Assembly (NCBI GenBank): GCA_965226885.1
Contig: CBDDEL010000016.1
Location: 416,001 to 480,000 of the forward strand
Origin: Opitutales bacterium
Lineage (GTDB): Bacteria > Verrucomicrobiota > Verrucomicrobiia > Opitutales > UBA2987
Reading direction: 5' to 3'
DNA: 64,000 bases
Shown piece after piece: positions 1 to 12,879 of the stretch. Each line of letters opens with the position of its first letter. Positions within the stretch are counted from its first letter, which is position 1. The notes under the pieces are model-generated. The model was not told the origin of the DNA. It ran no database searches and worked only from the letters and a program-made list of their open reading frames with translations. A program made the translations under genes and the position numbers.

Positions 1-590
1 ATACGGACAAACTCCAGGGCGGATTCAACCATGCCGGTGGGAGAGTCCCCATAACGATTCATGATACGGTCGGAGAGGGAACCGTGGTTGGTGCCGATGC
101 GCATGGCTCGGCCGAGTTCCCGGCATCTTTTCACAATGGGCGAGAAATCCTCGTATAGGCGCTGCAATTCTTCCTCATATTGGCTGTCGGAATATTCGCG
201 CACCTGAAACTTTTTCTTGTCCGCATAATTACCCGGATTGATGCGCACCTTTTCCACGTGTTTGGCCGCTTCCATCGCTGCCGAGGGCAGAAAATGAATG
301 TCCGCCACGAGGGGAACATCGATTTTTGCCTCCCGCAATTTTCTGGCGATCGGTTCAAGGGCCTGGGCCGCTTTGACGTTTTGGGCCGTTATGCGAACGA
401 TTTCACAACCCGCTTCCACCAGGGCAATCGACTGCCTTACAGTTGCCTCCACATCCTGGGTGGGGGTCGTGGTCATCGACTGGAGGCGAATGGGGTGGCT
501 CTTACCCAGCGCCACATTGCCGATCATCACCTCGACGGTTTTTCTCCGCCTGGCGGCAAACCGGGATGGACAATAGGCAGTAGCAGTCAT
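1..590 (-). CDS. ispG: (E)-4-hydroxy-3-methylbut-2-enyl-diphosphate synthase (runs off window start)
   Basis: Manual translation from ATG at 590: MTATAYCPSRFAARRRKTVEVMIGNVALG..PIRLQSMTTT..GCEIVRIT..RAMRIGTNHGSLSDRIMNRYGDSPTGMVESALEF; follows dxr-rseP. Confidence 0.95.
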   Translation of the reverse strand, partial: MTATAYCPSRFAARRRKTVEVMIGNVALGKSHPIRLQSMTTTPTQDVEATVRQSIALVEAGCEIVRITAQNVKAAQALEPIARKLREAKIDVPLVADIHFLPSAAMEAAKHVEKVRINPGNYADKKKFQVREYSDSQYEEELQRLYEDFSPIVKRCRELGRAMRIGTNHGSLSDRIMNRYGDSPTGMVESALEFVR

Positions 591-605
591 CCGCCAATGG
601 TTTTC

Positions 606-2435
606 CTATTCGGTTTCTTCTTCATTTCGGGATGAGAATACCGGTTGGATATAGAGAGAACTCTCCAATTCGTACCGCTTTTCGGATTCGTTGTCGCCCT
701 GCCAGCGGCGCACGTCGAAGAAGCTCACATAAAGCATCATTGAAAAAAGCAAAATCATGAAAATTCCCTGGGCACCGGCCACCAGATTGGGGGGAAGCGC
801 CTTTCCGCGCAGCTTGGCCAGGGTGGCGAAAACGATGTGCCCGCCGTCCAGCACCGGGATGGGTAAAAGGTTCAAAATGGCAAGGTTGATATTGAGCAGG
901 CAGGTGAACCAGATGACCAATCGTACATCAATCATGGAAAAGGTGTGCAGAACCCGCACGATGCCCGGTGGCCCGCTCAAATTGCGGATGCTGATATCGG
1001 ACTTGGGGCTGACCAGACTACCGAGCACCTGTAAGGTGGTTTTGAAAATGCTGACGAATTGTTCAACTGGATTTACGCGAATGATTATGGAACGGCTCTT
1101 GAATCCGAATCCCATCATGGGAGTTTCTCTGGAAGGCAGGATTTCCGCCTTTGCTTCCCCCAGGATAGCCAATGACCGGGAATAATCGCCGTTCTCGATG
1201 GTAAGGTTGAGGTTTTCCGTACTTTCATCGTTAATCTTCCCAATGAATGCGTTTAATGAAGTAACTTCCATGCCGTTTATACGGCGGAGGGCTTCTCCCG
1301 GTTCCAGGTTTCCGAATACAAATCCGGTGCGGTCCTCGACCTCGTGAACCTTGAGCGTGGAAGGCGTATTGAGGTCGGCTGGAGAACCCCTGCTCCCATT
1401 TTCGTAAAACGGCTGTACAAGAAGACTGGCCCGGCGATTGCCGTCCTCAACCAACAATTTACCCAAGGGCTTGGTCCGCGCCACCATCTGCGCTTTCAGG
1501 GAGACCTCGAAGACCTCCGAGCCGCGTTCAATCGATAATCGCACCGGTTCCTCTTTTTTTTCCTGTAAGTGGTAAACCAGGGCAGCAAAACTATACAACT
1601 TTTTCCCATCGGCGGAGATTATCCGGTCGTCCTCCCTCAGGCCGGCCCAATCAGCGGGGGATCCTTCCTGAATGGTGCGAATTCTGAGTGAATGGGCCGG
1701 GGAGATTCCTACGAGACGCATGCGGTCACGGGAAACAGAGTTTACTTCGGACAGCCTCGGATACACCACGATGTCCTCAGCTTCACCATTTCTTTCGATG
1801 GTGAATATCGCCTTTGGATTACCGTCCGAATCGCGCCCCGAGCCGGTAAAAATGGAATGCTGCATCTCGGAGAAATTGGAGACTTTGACGCCGTCGATGC
1901 GCAGCACTTTATCACCCTCTTGCAGCCCAGCGACGAAAGCCGGACCGGGGACTTCGTTATTTTCATCGAGTTGCACCACCGGCTCCACGAATCCGATGAT
2001 CACGGATTGGGCGTCCTCACTGCTGGGCTGCCCAAATACCCACAGTACGCAGGCCAGGAAAAAGGCAAATATAATGTTAAAGACGGCCCCCATGACGGCG
2101 ACGATGACCTTGTCCGTATAACTGATGGGTGGCAGTTTTTCGGCCCCCTCCTCGCCGCCGCCTTCGATGCCGCCCATATCGGCCAATTGGGGCAAAGCCA
2201 CATAACCGCCCAGCGGAAGGGCCGAAATGCGGTAATCGACGCCGTCGCGCGTCCAGCCGAATATTTTTGGCCCGAAACCTATGGAGAAGCGATCGATTTT
2301 CAATCCCCGGCGGCGGGCCGCCAGGAAATGCCCCATCTCGTGAACGAAGATCGATCCTCCAAAAAAGAAGAATATGAGAAAGACGGCCCAGAAATTGGTA
2401 AAAATCTGGCTGATGAATGAGGGATCAGAATTCAT
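606..2435 (-). CDS. rseP: RIP metalloprotease RseP (M50 family, PDZ domains)
   Basis: HEMGH zinc motif, FSIGFGP, NLLPIPVLDGGH; canonical position after dxr. Confidence 0.95.
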   Translation of the reverse strand: MNSDPSFISQIFTNFWAVFLIFFFFGGSIFVHEMGHFLAARRRGLKIDRFSIGFGPKIFGWTRDGVDYRISALPLGGYVALPQLADMGGIEGGGEEGAEKLPPISYTDKVIVAVMGAVFNIIFAFFLACVLWVFGQPSSEDAQSVIIGFVEPVVQLDENNEVPGPAFVAGLQEGDKVLRIDGVKVSNFSEMQHSIFTGSGRDSDGNPKAIFTIERNGEAEDIVVYPRLSEVNSVSRDRMRLVGISPAHSLRIRTIQEGSPADWAGLREDDRIISADGKKLYSFAALVYHLQEKKEEPVRLSIERGSEVFEVSLKAQMVARTKPLGKLLVEDGNRRASLLVQPFYENGSRGSPADLNTPSTLKVHEVEDRTGFVFGNLEPGEALRRINGMEVTSLNAFIGKINDESTENLNLTIENGDYSRSLAILGEAKAEILPSRETPMMGFGFKSRSIIIRVNPVEQFVSIFKTTLQVLGSLVSPKSDISIRNLSGPPGIVRVLHTFSMIDVRLVIWFTCLLNINLAILNLLPIPVLDGGHIVFATLAKLRGKALPPNLVAGAQGIFMILLFSMMLYVSFFDVRRWQGDNESEKRYELESSLYIQPVFSSRNEEETE

Positions 2436-3594
2436 GTTTTTTGATCAAATCTCTGCTCATGCGGCGGGCGGAACGATCGGCTTCCAGGACCTCTGGCAGA
2501 CTGTCGGGTTCAAAATTTTCTACTTTGCGTAGGGTACGGTCGATCAATTCGCCAATGCCGAGGTAGCTGATTTGCTTGCCCAGAAAAGCTTCCACGGCAA
2601 CCTCGTTGGCGGCGTTGAAAATCGCCGGCGCAGCCCCGGCCGCCTCCATGGCCTCGCGAGCCAGCCGCAGGCATGGAAACTTCTTCAGGTCCGGGGGAAT
2701 AAATTCGAGGTTCATGGATTTTTCAAAGGTCAATGTTTTTTCTACCCCAGGTTTTCTTTCCGGGTAAAGCAGGACGTGCTGTATGGCAAATGTCATGGAG
2801 GGTGGAGAAAGTTGAGCCAGAATGGAACCGTCCACATATTCCACCATGGAGTGAACGATGCTCTGCGGATGGATGACCACCTTAATCTGCTCGGGTTCCA
2901 TCCCAAACAGCCACCGCGCCTCGATCAGCTCCAATCCTTTGTTAGCCATAGTGGAAGAATCCACCGTGATTTTGGTCCCCATCGACCAATTGGGATGCTT
3001 GAGCGCATCTTCCGTAGTGATGGCGCCCATCTCCTCAAGGGAAAAATTGCGGAAGGGACCTCCCGAAGCGGTCAGGATAATACGTTCCACCTCATGACCG
3101 GGAGCGCCGTTGAGGCATTGGAAAACGGCGTTGTGCTCGCTGTCAACGGGCAGGACCTGCACCCCCTGGGCCTTGGCCGCGGCCATAACGAACTTTCCCG
3201 CCAGGACCAGCACTTCCTTGCTCGCCAGGGCGATCTCTTTACCTGCCTCAATTGCCGCCAAGGTAGGGTGCAGCCCCATGGTTCCGACCACCGCCACCAC
3301 GACCATATCCGCTTCGGGCAAACTAGCCAGCCGATTGAGGCCTTCGATTCCCGATGAAAGATTCACATCCTGGTGAAAAAGCCCCGATTTGCGGGCCTGG
3401 GCGCAGGTTTCCTCGTCAAACAGGGCAACATGGCGCAGCCCGAATTCCCTGGCAATGGCAGCCAATGGTTCGGCCCGGCTCCCCCCGGCGATGCCCACCA
3501 GTTCCAGGTGGTCGGAGTTGGCCCGAATGACACGCAGGGAATTTTCCCCGATCGATCCGGTGGCTCCCAGCAGCACGATGCCTTTTTTGCTCAT
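2425..3594 (-). CDS. dxr: 1-deoxy-D-xylulose-5-phosphate reductoisomerase
   Basis: LGATGSIG, LPVDSEH, TASGGPF, HPNWSMG.KITVDS..NKGLE motifs. Confidence 0.97.
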   Translation of the reverse strand: MSKKGIVLLGATGSIGENSLRVIRANSDHLELVGIAGGSRAEPLAAIAREFGLRHVALFDEETCAQARKSGLFHQDVNLSSGIEGLNRLASLPEADMVVVAVVGTMGLHPTLAAIEAGKEIALASKEVLVLAGKFVMAAAKAQGVQVLPVDSEHNAVFQCLNGAPGHEVERIILTASGGPFRNFSLEEMGAITTEDALKHPNWSMGTKITVDSSTMANKGLELIEARWLFGMEPEQIKVVIHPQSIVHSMVEYVDGSILAQLSPPSMTFAIQHVLLYPERKPGVEKTLTFEKSMNLEFIPPDLKKFPCLRLAREAMEAAGAAPAIFNAANEVAVEAFLGKQISYLGIGELIDRTLRKVENFEPDSLPEVLEADRSARRMSRDLIKKHEF

Positions 3595-3606
3595 TCTATC
3601 CCTGAA

Positions 3607-4416
3607 TTAAATCAGAATAATGAGAAGCAGCATGTAGCCAACCGGAGCGCCTAATAGTATGCTGTCCACGAGGTCGAAGGCCCCGCCGATACCGGGGATG
3701 AATTTCCCAGAATCCTTGACCCTGGCCTGCCGCTTGATAATGGACTCAATCAAATCGGAGACCACCGCCATAATCCCGAGGGGGATGGCAGCCAGTCCGG
3801 CCTTCCACCAAAGAAAGCTTTCCGGCAGGGCGAAACCAAAAACAACAGCGTAAAGCGCGCTCACGATAACCGCCAGAGTGACCCCGCCGATGGCTCCTTC
3901 CCAGGTTTTGGCGGGACTGACTTTCGGAGCCAGCTTGGTGCGCCCGAATTTCATGCCCACCAGCAAAGCCCCCACATCGGTGAATTTAAGAGTGGCGACA
4001 ATCCAGATAGCGAGAAATGTTCCACTCATCTCCGATTCGCAAAGGCGTGTGGCCTGGATCAGAAATTGCAGCAAGTAGGGCACAAATAAAATCCCGAACA
4101 GGGTTGCCATGAGAGAATTAAGAGCGCGCGCCCCCTTAACACGAGTAAATGCTCCGCAAGAACAGATGGCCACAGAGAGGGCGAAGAAAGAATACTCAGG
4201 CAAATAATATGAGCCCACAATTATCAGGAAACCACAGAAAAGTCCCAGCTTTCGCAGGCTGTGAAACCCGATTTTTCCCATCAACTGGTAAAGCTCCTCC
4301 TGGGATAATAGAGCCAGCAAGGCCAGCAGCCAGACTCCAGCCTCGATTCCGAGCCAGATCAGGGTCAGGATCACCAACGACCACAACCCCAGAGTGCTTG
4401 CCAGTCGTTTTGTCAC
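3607..4416 (-). CDS. cdsA: Phosphatidate cytidylyltransferase
   Basis: SPAKTWEG and SDLIES..KR...KDSG..IPG.GG..D motifs; start moved to GTG at 4416, overlapping the uppS stop (GTGA). Confidence 0.92.
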   Translation of the reverse strand: MTKRLASTLGLWSLVILTLIWLGIEAGVWLLALLALLSQEELYQLMGKIGFHSLRKLGLFCGFLIIVGSYYLPEYSFFALSVAICSCGAFTRVKGARALNSLMATLFGILFVPYLLQFLIQATRLCESEMSGTFLAIWIVATLKFTDVGALLVGMKFGRTKLAPKVSPAKTWEGAIGGVTLAVIVSALYAVVFGFALPESFLWWKAGLAAIPLGIMAVVSDLIESIIKRQARVKDSGKFIPGIGGAFDLVDSILLGAPVGYMLLLIILI

Positions 4417-5183
4417 CGGTTTAAAGCTGGCTCCTCGGGGTTGCGCCGCACCTGGGCCCCTGTTTTTCCGAAACGACGCTCGCGCTTCCAGTAGAAATCC
4501 ACCGCGGCCCTGAAGTCGTCCGGGCTGAAATCGGGCCACAGGGTGGGCGTAAAATACATTTCCGCGTAGGCGCTTTGCAGCAAGAGGAAGTTGCTCAGCC
4601 GGTTTTCTCCCGAAGTGCGGATGATGAGGTCGGGATCGGGCAAACCCGCGGTGGCCAAATATTGGGCAAAGGCCGGCCAGTCCAGATTATCTATTTCGGC
4701 TTCACCCGACCGGATCGCCGAGGCATAAGCTTTTACCGCATCAATCACTTCGTCACGCGCCCCATAGTTAAGTGCCAGGACGAGGGTTTGCCCGGAAAAA
4801 TGGGACGTTTTTTCTATAACCTCCTCCAGGGCCAGACGAACTTTTTTAGGAAGCTTGTCCGTTCGCCCAATGGTCCGCAGGCGCACCCGCTTCTCCAATA
4901 GGGTGGCCAGTTCGCGATGTAAAAAACGTTCCAGCAGGTGCATCAAGGCATTGATCTCTGAATGGGGCCTCTTCCAATTTTCGACCGAAAAAGCATAGAG
5001 GGTCAGATACCGAATGCCGATATCACCAGCGCACTCGACAATTCCGCGAACGTTTCGTACACCCCGCCGATGCCCTTCAATTCGCGGAAGGCCCCGATTG
5101 ACCGCCCACCGGCCATTGCCGTCCATAATGATGGCGACATGTTCCGGCGGGATGTTGGGATTATTATTTGTAGGTTCGGGCAC
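4413..5183 (-). CDS. uppS: Isoprenyl transferase / undecaprenyl diphosphate synthase
   Basis: HVAIIMDGNGRWA, YAFSVENWKRP, IRTSGENRLSNFLL. Confidence 0.97.
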   Translation of the reverse strand: MPEPTNNNPNIPPEHVAIIMDGNGRWAVNRGLPRIEGHRRGVRNVRGIVECAGDIGIRYLTLYAFSVENWKRPHSEINALMHLLERFLHRELATLLEKRVRLRTIGRTDKLPKKVRLALEEVIEKTSHFSGQTLVLALNYGARDEVIDAVKAYASAIRSGEAEIDNLDWPAFAQYLATAGLPDPDLIIRTSGENRLSNFLLLQSAYAEMYFTPTLWPDFSPDDFRAAVDFYWKRERRFGKTGAQVRRNPEEPALNR

Positions 5184-5424
5184 TGCGATGGAGTTTTAAA
5201 ATGAGGGATTTTGTAAAGTTTTGATAAAAGTAAGGAGTGGCCGGGAATTGGTTGATCTCATGTCCAATAAATCCACCCAATTCTGCGGCAACCTTCAACC
5301 TTTTAGCCATCGCAGGAAAAAGGCAAAACGAAAAGGAGACCCCCTTCGGGCAGTTTTAGAGGTCATGGAAGCATAATTTCCATTTATCGGTCAAAAAATT
5401 GACATCTGCAAACATATCATCAAA

Positions 5425-5721
5425 ATGGATGCTAATATGACGTCTGCTTTATCCGGGGAAGAAATTGAAACGGCGTTGGCCGGTTTGCCGGGCTGGCAAC
5501 TGCAAGAGGACAAGATATCCAAGTCCTACCGGTTCAAGGATTTTCGGGAGGCGATGTCTTTTCTCCTGCGGGTGGCTTTCGAGGCCGAGGCCCTCAACCA
5601 CCATCCCGAGCTGTTCAATGTTTACAATAACGTGGAGGTGAGCCTGAACACCCACGAAGCCGGCGGCAAAGTAACAGCCAAAGATATTGTCCTGGCCGGA
5701 AAAATCGAGGATTTGACTTGA
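5425..5721 (+). CDS. phhB: Pterin-4-alpha-carbinolamine dehydratase
   Basis: AEALNHHPEL..VYN.V...L.THEAGG.VT.KD motif, 98 aa. Confidence 0.9.
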   Translation: MDANMTSALSGEEIETALAGLPGWQLQEDKISKSYRFKDFREAMSFLLRVAFEAEALNHHPELFNVYNNVEVSLNTHEAGGKVTAKDIVLAGKIEDLT

Positions 5722-5826
5722 ATCCCAAAACCTTTCCCCGAAATGGTCCTAATTTCGGATCAAGCCCCTTATACGGTTTGATCGCCGGACCTTTTGCAGT
5801 CTTTTCATCCAACGCCAAATTAATAG

Positions 5827-7182
<1,356 letters not shown>

Positions 7183-7457
7183 AAGCACAACAGATTTTTA
7201 GATTTTTTTGTCGGGTTCTTTCACAAATCCAAAACGTTATTGATCTCATAAAATATGCATTATAAGCGTCGATCTCTTTGTATCTCCTCCGACTCCTGTG
7301 AAACTTTTGGGTAATTAGAGGCTGTCCCAAAAATATAAAGATTTTATAGTCAACTGGATGACGTTGATAAAAAGAGCCGGAAAGAGCAAGTTTTTGCTCG
7401 ATCCGGCCAAAAAAGGGTTCTATAATTGAGTTAGCGAAAATCAATATAGCCCTTTCT

Positions 7458-8939
7458 ATGAAAAATATAGCCATCCAATGCCTCCTGCGTCCAGCCTTAA
7501 CTGTGGTCGACCGGTGCCTCGATTACGATAACTTCCGCGCCACCATTGATCGAATCGATCGGCTGCTGATCGACTCGGAGGTGGAATCGCAGGCCATTGA
7601 GCTGGCCTTGGAGGGGTGGCCGCCAATGGGTCTAAAGGCCCGGCGGCAGCGGGCCAGTTTTGCCATCAAGGCACTGCGCATGGATACGCTGGGCCGTCTG
7701 CTCGGAGGGATTTCGTTTCGGCATTTGTCGCGGGCTCTGGGCAGCAGCGATCTGTTGGCCGACTTTTGCCGTGTCCGGCAGATCGATGGCATCAGGGGCA
7801 TCTCCAAAAGCACCCTGGAGCGGGCCTCGAAGTTTTTCAGCGAAGAGCAGTTGAGGGCCTTGCACCGGACCTTGACTGAGGTGGTGGGCGATGCCCTTCT
7901 GGCCCGGCAGGTGGGATTGGACAAGCCGATTGACACCACCATTTGCCTGATCGACGGCACCTGTTTGGAGGCTAACATTCATTGGCCGACGGACTGGGTA
8001 TTACTCAAGGATGTAGCCGGCACGTTGCTCAAAGCGATCCGGCTGATCCGCGAGAAGGCCGGTTTGCGCCATCGCATGCCGATCGAACCGGAGCCCTTGG
8101 CTCGGCAGATGAATCGGCTGTGCATACAGATGACCCACAGCCGGCGGCGAAAGGACAGCGCGCGGCAGCGCAAGGGTATCTTGAGGCAGATGAAAAAGCT
8201 GCTCAAACGGATCGGGGAGCATGCCCGCAGTCACCGGGAATTATTGCAAGCCTGCTGGGAGCAAGGCGATTACAGCGAAAAACAGGTCCAACAGATCCTC
8301 GCCCGGATGGAGCGCATGAGCGAGCAAATCCCGGTGGTCATCAAACAGGCGCACGAGCGGATCATTGGCGGCCGCCAGGTGAAAAACGCAGAGAAAGTCT
8401 TGAGTGTTTACGAACTCGATGGGCAGGTGATTGTGCGAGGTAAAGCGGGCCAAGAGGTCGAGTTCGGCAACACCCTGTTTTTGGGAGAAAGCGTTGAAGG
8501 GTACCTGCTGGACTGGAAACTCTACGGCAGCCGAACTCCAAGCGAAAATGAACAAATGCAAGAGAGTTTGCAAAGACAGAACCGCTTCAACCTGGAAGAA
8601 CCCATAGCGGCCATGTGCGCGGACCGGGGATTTGCCTCCCAGCGGGCCCGCCGGCAGTTAGCCCAGGAGGGAATCTACGACGCGCTCTGTCCACGCGATC
8701 CGAAGCAGTTGAAAAAACGGATGGAGGAACCACTGTTCAGACAATTGCAAAAGCGCCGGGCCAGCACCGAAGGGCGGATCGGGGTATTGAAGAATCGCTG
8801 GCAGGCCGGGCGGTTGCGCAGCAAAGGCTTTGCCAACCGCTCGATCAGCGTAGCCTGGTCGGTACTCTCGCACAACCTATGGAAAGTAGCCAAGATGCTG
8901 GCCCAGCAAGACGAACTAAAAACCAAAGCGGCGGCCTAG
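7458..8939 (+). CDS. DDE transposase (ISNCY/IS5-like), 493 aa
   Basis: IDGTCLEANIHWPTD..LL.D, KVLSVYE..IVRGKAG..VEFG, ADRGF, RASTEGRIGVLK. Confidence 0.85.
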   Translation: MKNIAIQCLLRPALTVVDRCLDYDNFRATIDRIDRLLIDSEVESQAIELALEGWPPMGLKARRQRASFAIKALRMDTLGRLLGGISFRHLSRALGSSDLLADFCRVRQIDGIRGISKSTLERASKFFSEEQLRALHRTLTEVVGDALLARQVGLDKPIDTTICLIDGTCLEANIHWPTDWVLLKDVAGTLLKAIRLIREKAGLRHRMPIEPEPLARQMNRLCIQMTHSRRRKDSARQRKGILRQMKKLLKRIGEHARSHRELLQACWEQGDYSEKQVQQILARMERMSEQIPVVIKQAHERIIGGRQVKNAEKVLSVYELDGQVIVRGKAGQEVEFGNTLFLGESVEGYLLDWKLYGSRTPSENEQMQESLQRQNRFNLEEPIAAMCADRGFASQRARRQLAQEGIYDALCPRDPKQLKKRMEEPLFRQLQKRRASTEGRIGVLKNRWQAGRLRSKGFANRSISVAWSVLSHNLWKVAKMLAQQDELKTKAAA

Positions 8940-10508
8940 CCCGGATATTTCATGAAGGGTAAAGTTTGGCTCGTTATTGCTATTGGAGATGGATTTCTTT
9001 GTATTTTGAGCAGATCGTCTTGATTTTTAGGTGTTTTTCAGGGTGTAGAGACACTGCCCCCTTTCCCCCATTGGTTCGGTAGTGCCGGGGGCAGCACCAA
9101 TGCACCCTTTAGGTTGGCACCAATCGGCGGGCCGCATGGTTGAAAAGACTGGCCCAAGGATAACTCTCACTTAGGTGAAAGTGAATCGTTCGGGTGTTGC
9201 GCACGATGACCGCTCCGATCTTGATTAATTTGAGCCGCAGGGTGTGGCATTGGGCCCGCGCCCACTTCGTCCCTTTTAAGGCTAACCGGCGCATGGCTTC
9301 CATCAAGGTGTAGGCCAGCGCCGACAAGAGCAATCGCCACTGATTGGCCCACCATTGATGGGCGCTGGTGCGCTCGCTGAACAATTGCATCTGTTCCTTG
9401 ATTCGGTTCTCCATTTCACCGCGGCCACAGTATACCTTGTCGTAAAGCTCCTGGGGATCGCCCGGCAGGTTCGTCACCACGAAGCGCGGGTTGGACCCCT
9501 GTGCGGTGTGTTCGGCTTTATGGATGACCAACCGCAGCCATCGCCACGAATCGGCAGCATAGACGAAGTCCTGGAATAACCGTTGTTTTTTACCCCTTAG
9601 TTCGAACCATTCTTTGGCCTGCTTTTGCAACTGCTGGGCGTCTTGCTGCAAGCGTGCATTGCGAGCCATCCCCACGATGTAACTAACTTCGTTGCGGTCG
9701 CACCAAGAGAGTATCCGGTCTCGACAAAATCCACTGTCGGCGCGCCAAATAATCCGCGTACGGGGCCAGCTTTGGCGAATCCGTTTAACCAGCAATTTGA
9801 GGATGGCCCCGGCATGCTTGCTGGCATCGATCTTGCTCGGCCGCAGGTAGGCCACCAGCAGCTGATCACCGCAAAAAACATATAGCGGCAGAAAACAGTA
9901 ATGATCATAATAACCGTGGAAAAAACGTCCCTCCTGGAGCCCGTGCACCGGATTGTCGGTGGCGTCAAAGTCCAGGATGATCTCTTCGGGTTCCTCGGCA
10001 AAGGAGCCCATGAACTGTTCGACCAACAGCTCGTTTACCGCAAAGGCCGCCCGCCGATCCTGCCCGTTTTCAAAACGACACACAGTCGGCGCGCTGGCCA
10101 ACGTTTCAATGCGCCCCGTTACCGTTTGCTAACAATGGATCGTGGCGCAGGGTATCAAAGTTCGTTCAAATCCTCATAGCCCGCCACCAGCCCGTAAACG
10201 CGCTGCCGCAGCATCCCCAATACCTCATGGCGTACTTTGCCCTTCTGCCGTTTGTCCACTAACTGTCGGGCCGCTCGTTCGGTCAAGCCCAACTGCCGAT
10301 CCACTTCCCGGATCAAAAGCAGTCCGGCATCCGAAGTAACCTCTCCGCCCTTGAAATCAACCCGCACACGGCGGCCTTTTACCCTTGTCAACTGTAGCTT
10401 TAATTGTTTACCTTTTGTCATCGCTGATATTGCTTTAATTATTGATCTATCCTGCTGTATATCAGCAGTTAAGCATATCAACGATACTTTTTTTACGAAA
10501 TATCCGGG
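8940..10508 (-). mobile_element. IS1380-family element, copy 1, frameshifted transposase
   Basis: Ends CCCGGATATTTC/GAAATATCCGGG; CTAG duplicated (8936-39, 10509-12); two +1 insertions near 10130 and 10161 split the ORF. Confidence 0.92.
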
Positions 10509-11381
10509 CTAGAGAGCGGGCTAGAGAGCGGAAAAGCAAGGACAATACTTTTTCACAGCCGTACTGTCGGCTCATACAAAGAAAACCAGGCAACCGGACC
10601 CCAAAACCAGTATCCTAACGTCATAGGAGAGCAAAGTTGATACTCTCCCAAATGCAAATACCTCTAAAATGAGCGCCTATCAAAAGCCCTCGCAAAAATC
10701 ACCCTTTTGGGACAGCCTCTATATATTGATAAAATTATCGACCACTGGAGCTTTCGAGTGTATTTTGCTCCTTTTCATGAGAATCAGGATTTTGGTTTTA
10801 CAAGGCCAAATGGGGGTTTGGATAAATATTATCAAAATTACGCCGTAATTTCTCCCCATATTTTCCTTCTTCCCACGCAAATTTGTCCTTCAATTTAAGA
10901 TGATTGGAAAAAGGATTTTCCTTCCTTAATTTTTGAAGAAGAGGCCGATTTAATAATAACGGTTTTGTATGAAATACCTTTTCGCCATCATTCTTCTCAT
11001 ACTGCTTGCCGCCACCGCCCTTAATCACATTTCCCGTCCGGATGTGCGGAGCGACAAGCCGATCCTTTACTGGGTGACCAGCACCAATGAGGCCCGTCAG
11101 CAGCAAGTGAAGCAGTTCCACCAATGGATCGAGGATAACGGTTATCCGCCAATGGAATTGCGCATCGACAGCTCCAACCGGGATATTTCCAAAAAACTGA
11201 TTCAGGGTGTCTCGGGCGTGGGCGCAGACATTATCGACATGGTTCGGGACGAGCCCTGGCTGCTGGAGTCCACCGGGATGCTCGAAGACCTCACCGAGCT
11301 GGCTGCCCAACACGGGTTCGGGCCCGACAAGACCTGGGAAGCGAAATATCCCTCCGTCATCATAAACGGGGCGCAGTATAG

Positions 11382-12183
11382 GGGAGTGTATAAAAAAAGA
11401 ATGTTATTTTGTATTTTTAGCTGTACAAATAGCGTTAGGCAGTTTATTCTTAGTGCATGGTTACTAAAATTATTAATTGTCGGCACTGTGGAAGTGAAAA
11501 TATCATTAAATTTGGCAAGACGCCCAACCATAAACAGCGCTACCGCTGCCATGATTGTGGTAAACAAAGCCGCGAAAACCCCACAGTGAAATACACCGAA
11601 GAGCAAAAAGAAATGATCCTTCGAGTCTATCAGGAACGCAGCAGTCTACGCGGTTTACAGCGCGCCTTCGGGGTGAGTCCCAACACCGTTTTGAGTTGGT
11701 TAAAAAAAACGACAATCGCTGCGACCGCTCAAAAGCACGATTCTTGCGGCCCGCCGCCATGATGTCATTGAACTGGACGAACTGTGGTCTTTTGTGGGGC
11801 GCAAGAGCGATGCCCAATGGGTTTGGATCGCTCTTTGCCGACGCACCCGTCAAATCCTCTCCTATGCCATTGGGCCTCGGGATTGGTATCGTTGCCGGGA
11901 ACTTTACGAGCGTCTGCCACGGGCCTACAAAAGATGTGCCACCTACAGCGACTTTTGGAGCACTTATGATGAAGTCTTTCCTCATAACCGATCCGTGGGA
12001 AAAGAAACCGGTGAAACGGCCCATGTGGAACGATGGAACAATACCCTGCGCCAACGACTGGGTCGTTTCACACGCAAAACCCTCTCCTTTTCCAAGCTTA
12101 AGAGTATGCATGAAACCTGTCTGAGACTTTTCATTCATCAATATAATCAAGAATTAGCCACCATTCCTACTTAATACACTACC
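11382..12183 (+). mobile_element. IS1-family element A, copy 1 (insA/insB, A-run frameshift)
   Basis: Ends GG(G)AGTGTAT/ATACACTACC, 8-bp TSD CAGTATAG; InsA CxxC..CxxC, InsB ELDELWSFVG..HVERWNNTLR. Confidence 0.92.
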
Positions 12184-12879
12184 CAGTATAGTTTCCCTAG
12201 CCCGGATATTTCGTAAAAAAAGTATCGTTGATATGCTTAACTGCTGATATACAGCAGGATAGATCAATAATTAAAGCAATATCAGCGATGACAAAAGGTA
12301 AACAATTAAAGCTACAGTTGACAAGGGTAAAAGGCCGCCGTGTGCGGGTTGATTTCAAGGGCGGAGAGGTTACTTCGGATGCCGGACTGCTTTTGATCCG
12401 GGAAGTGGATCGGCAGTTGGGCTTGACCGAACGAGCGGCCCGACAGTTAGTGGACAAACGGCAGAAGGGCAAAGTACGCCATGAGGTATTGGGGATGCTG
12501 CGGCAGCGCGTTTACGGGCTGGTGGCGGGCTATGAGGATTTGAACGACTTTGATACCCTGCGCCACGATCCATTGTTGCAAACGGTAACGGGGCGCATTG
12601 AAACGTTGGCCAGCGCGCCGACTTTGTGTCGTTTTGAAAACGGGCAGGATCGGCGGGCGGCCTTTGCGGTAAACGAGCTGTTGGTCGAACAGTTCATGGG
12701 CTCCTTTGCCGAGGAACCCGAAGAGATCATCCTGGACTTTGACGCCACCGACAATCCGGTGCACGGGCTCCAGGAGGGACGTTTTTTCCACGGTTATTAT
12801 GATCATTACTGTTTTCTGCCGCTATATGTTTTTTGCGGTGATCAGCTGCTGGTGGCCTACCTGCGGCCGAGCAAGATCG

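Larger units (their letters stand above)
7318..10719 (+). mobile_element. ISNCY/IS5-like insertion sequence carrying a nested IS1380
   Basis: Terminal inverted repeats GAGGCTGTCCCAAAA / TTTTGGGACAGCCTC, each flanked by TA; encloses a DDE transposase. Confidence 0.8.

Noticed and set aside
3607..4539. 310-aa cdsA with long N-terminal extension
   Set aside because: The extension overlaps uppS; GTG at 4416 gives a normal coupled start.
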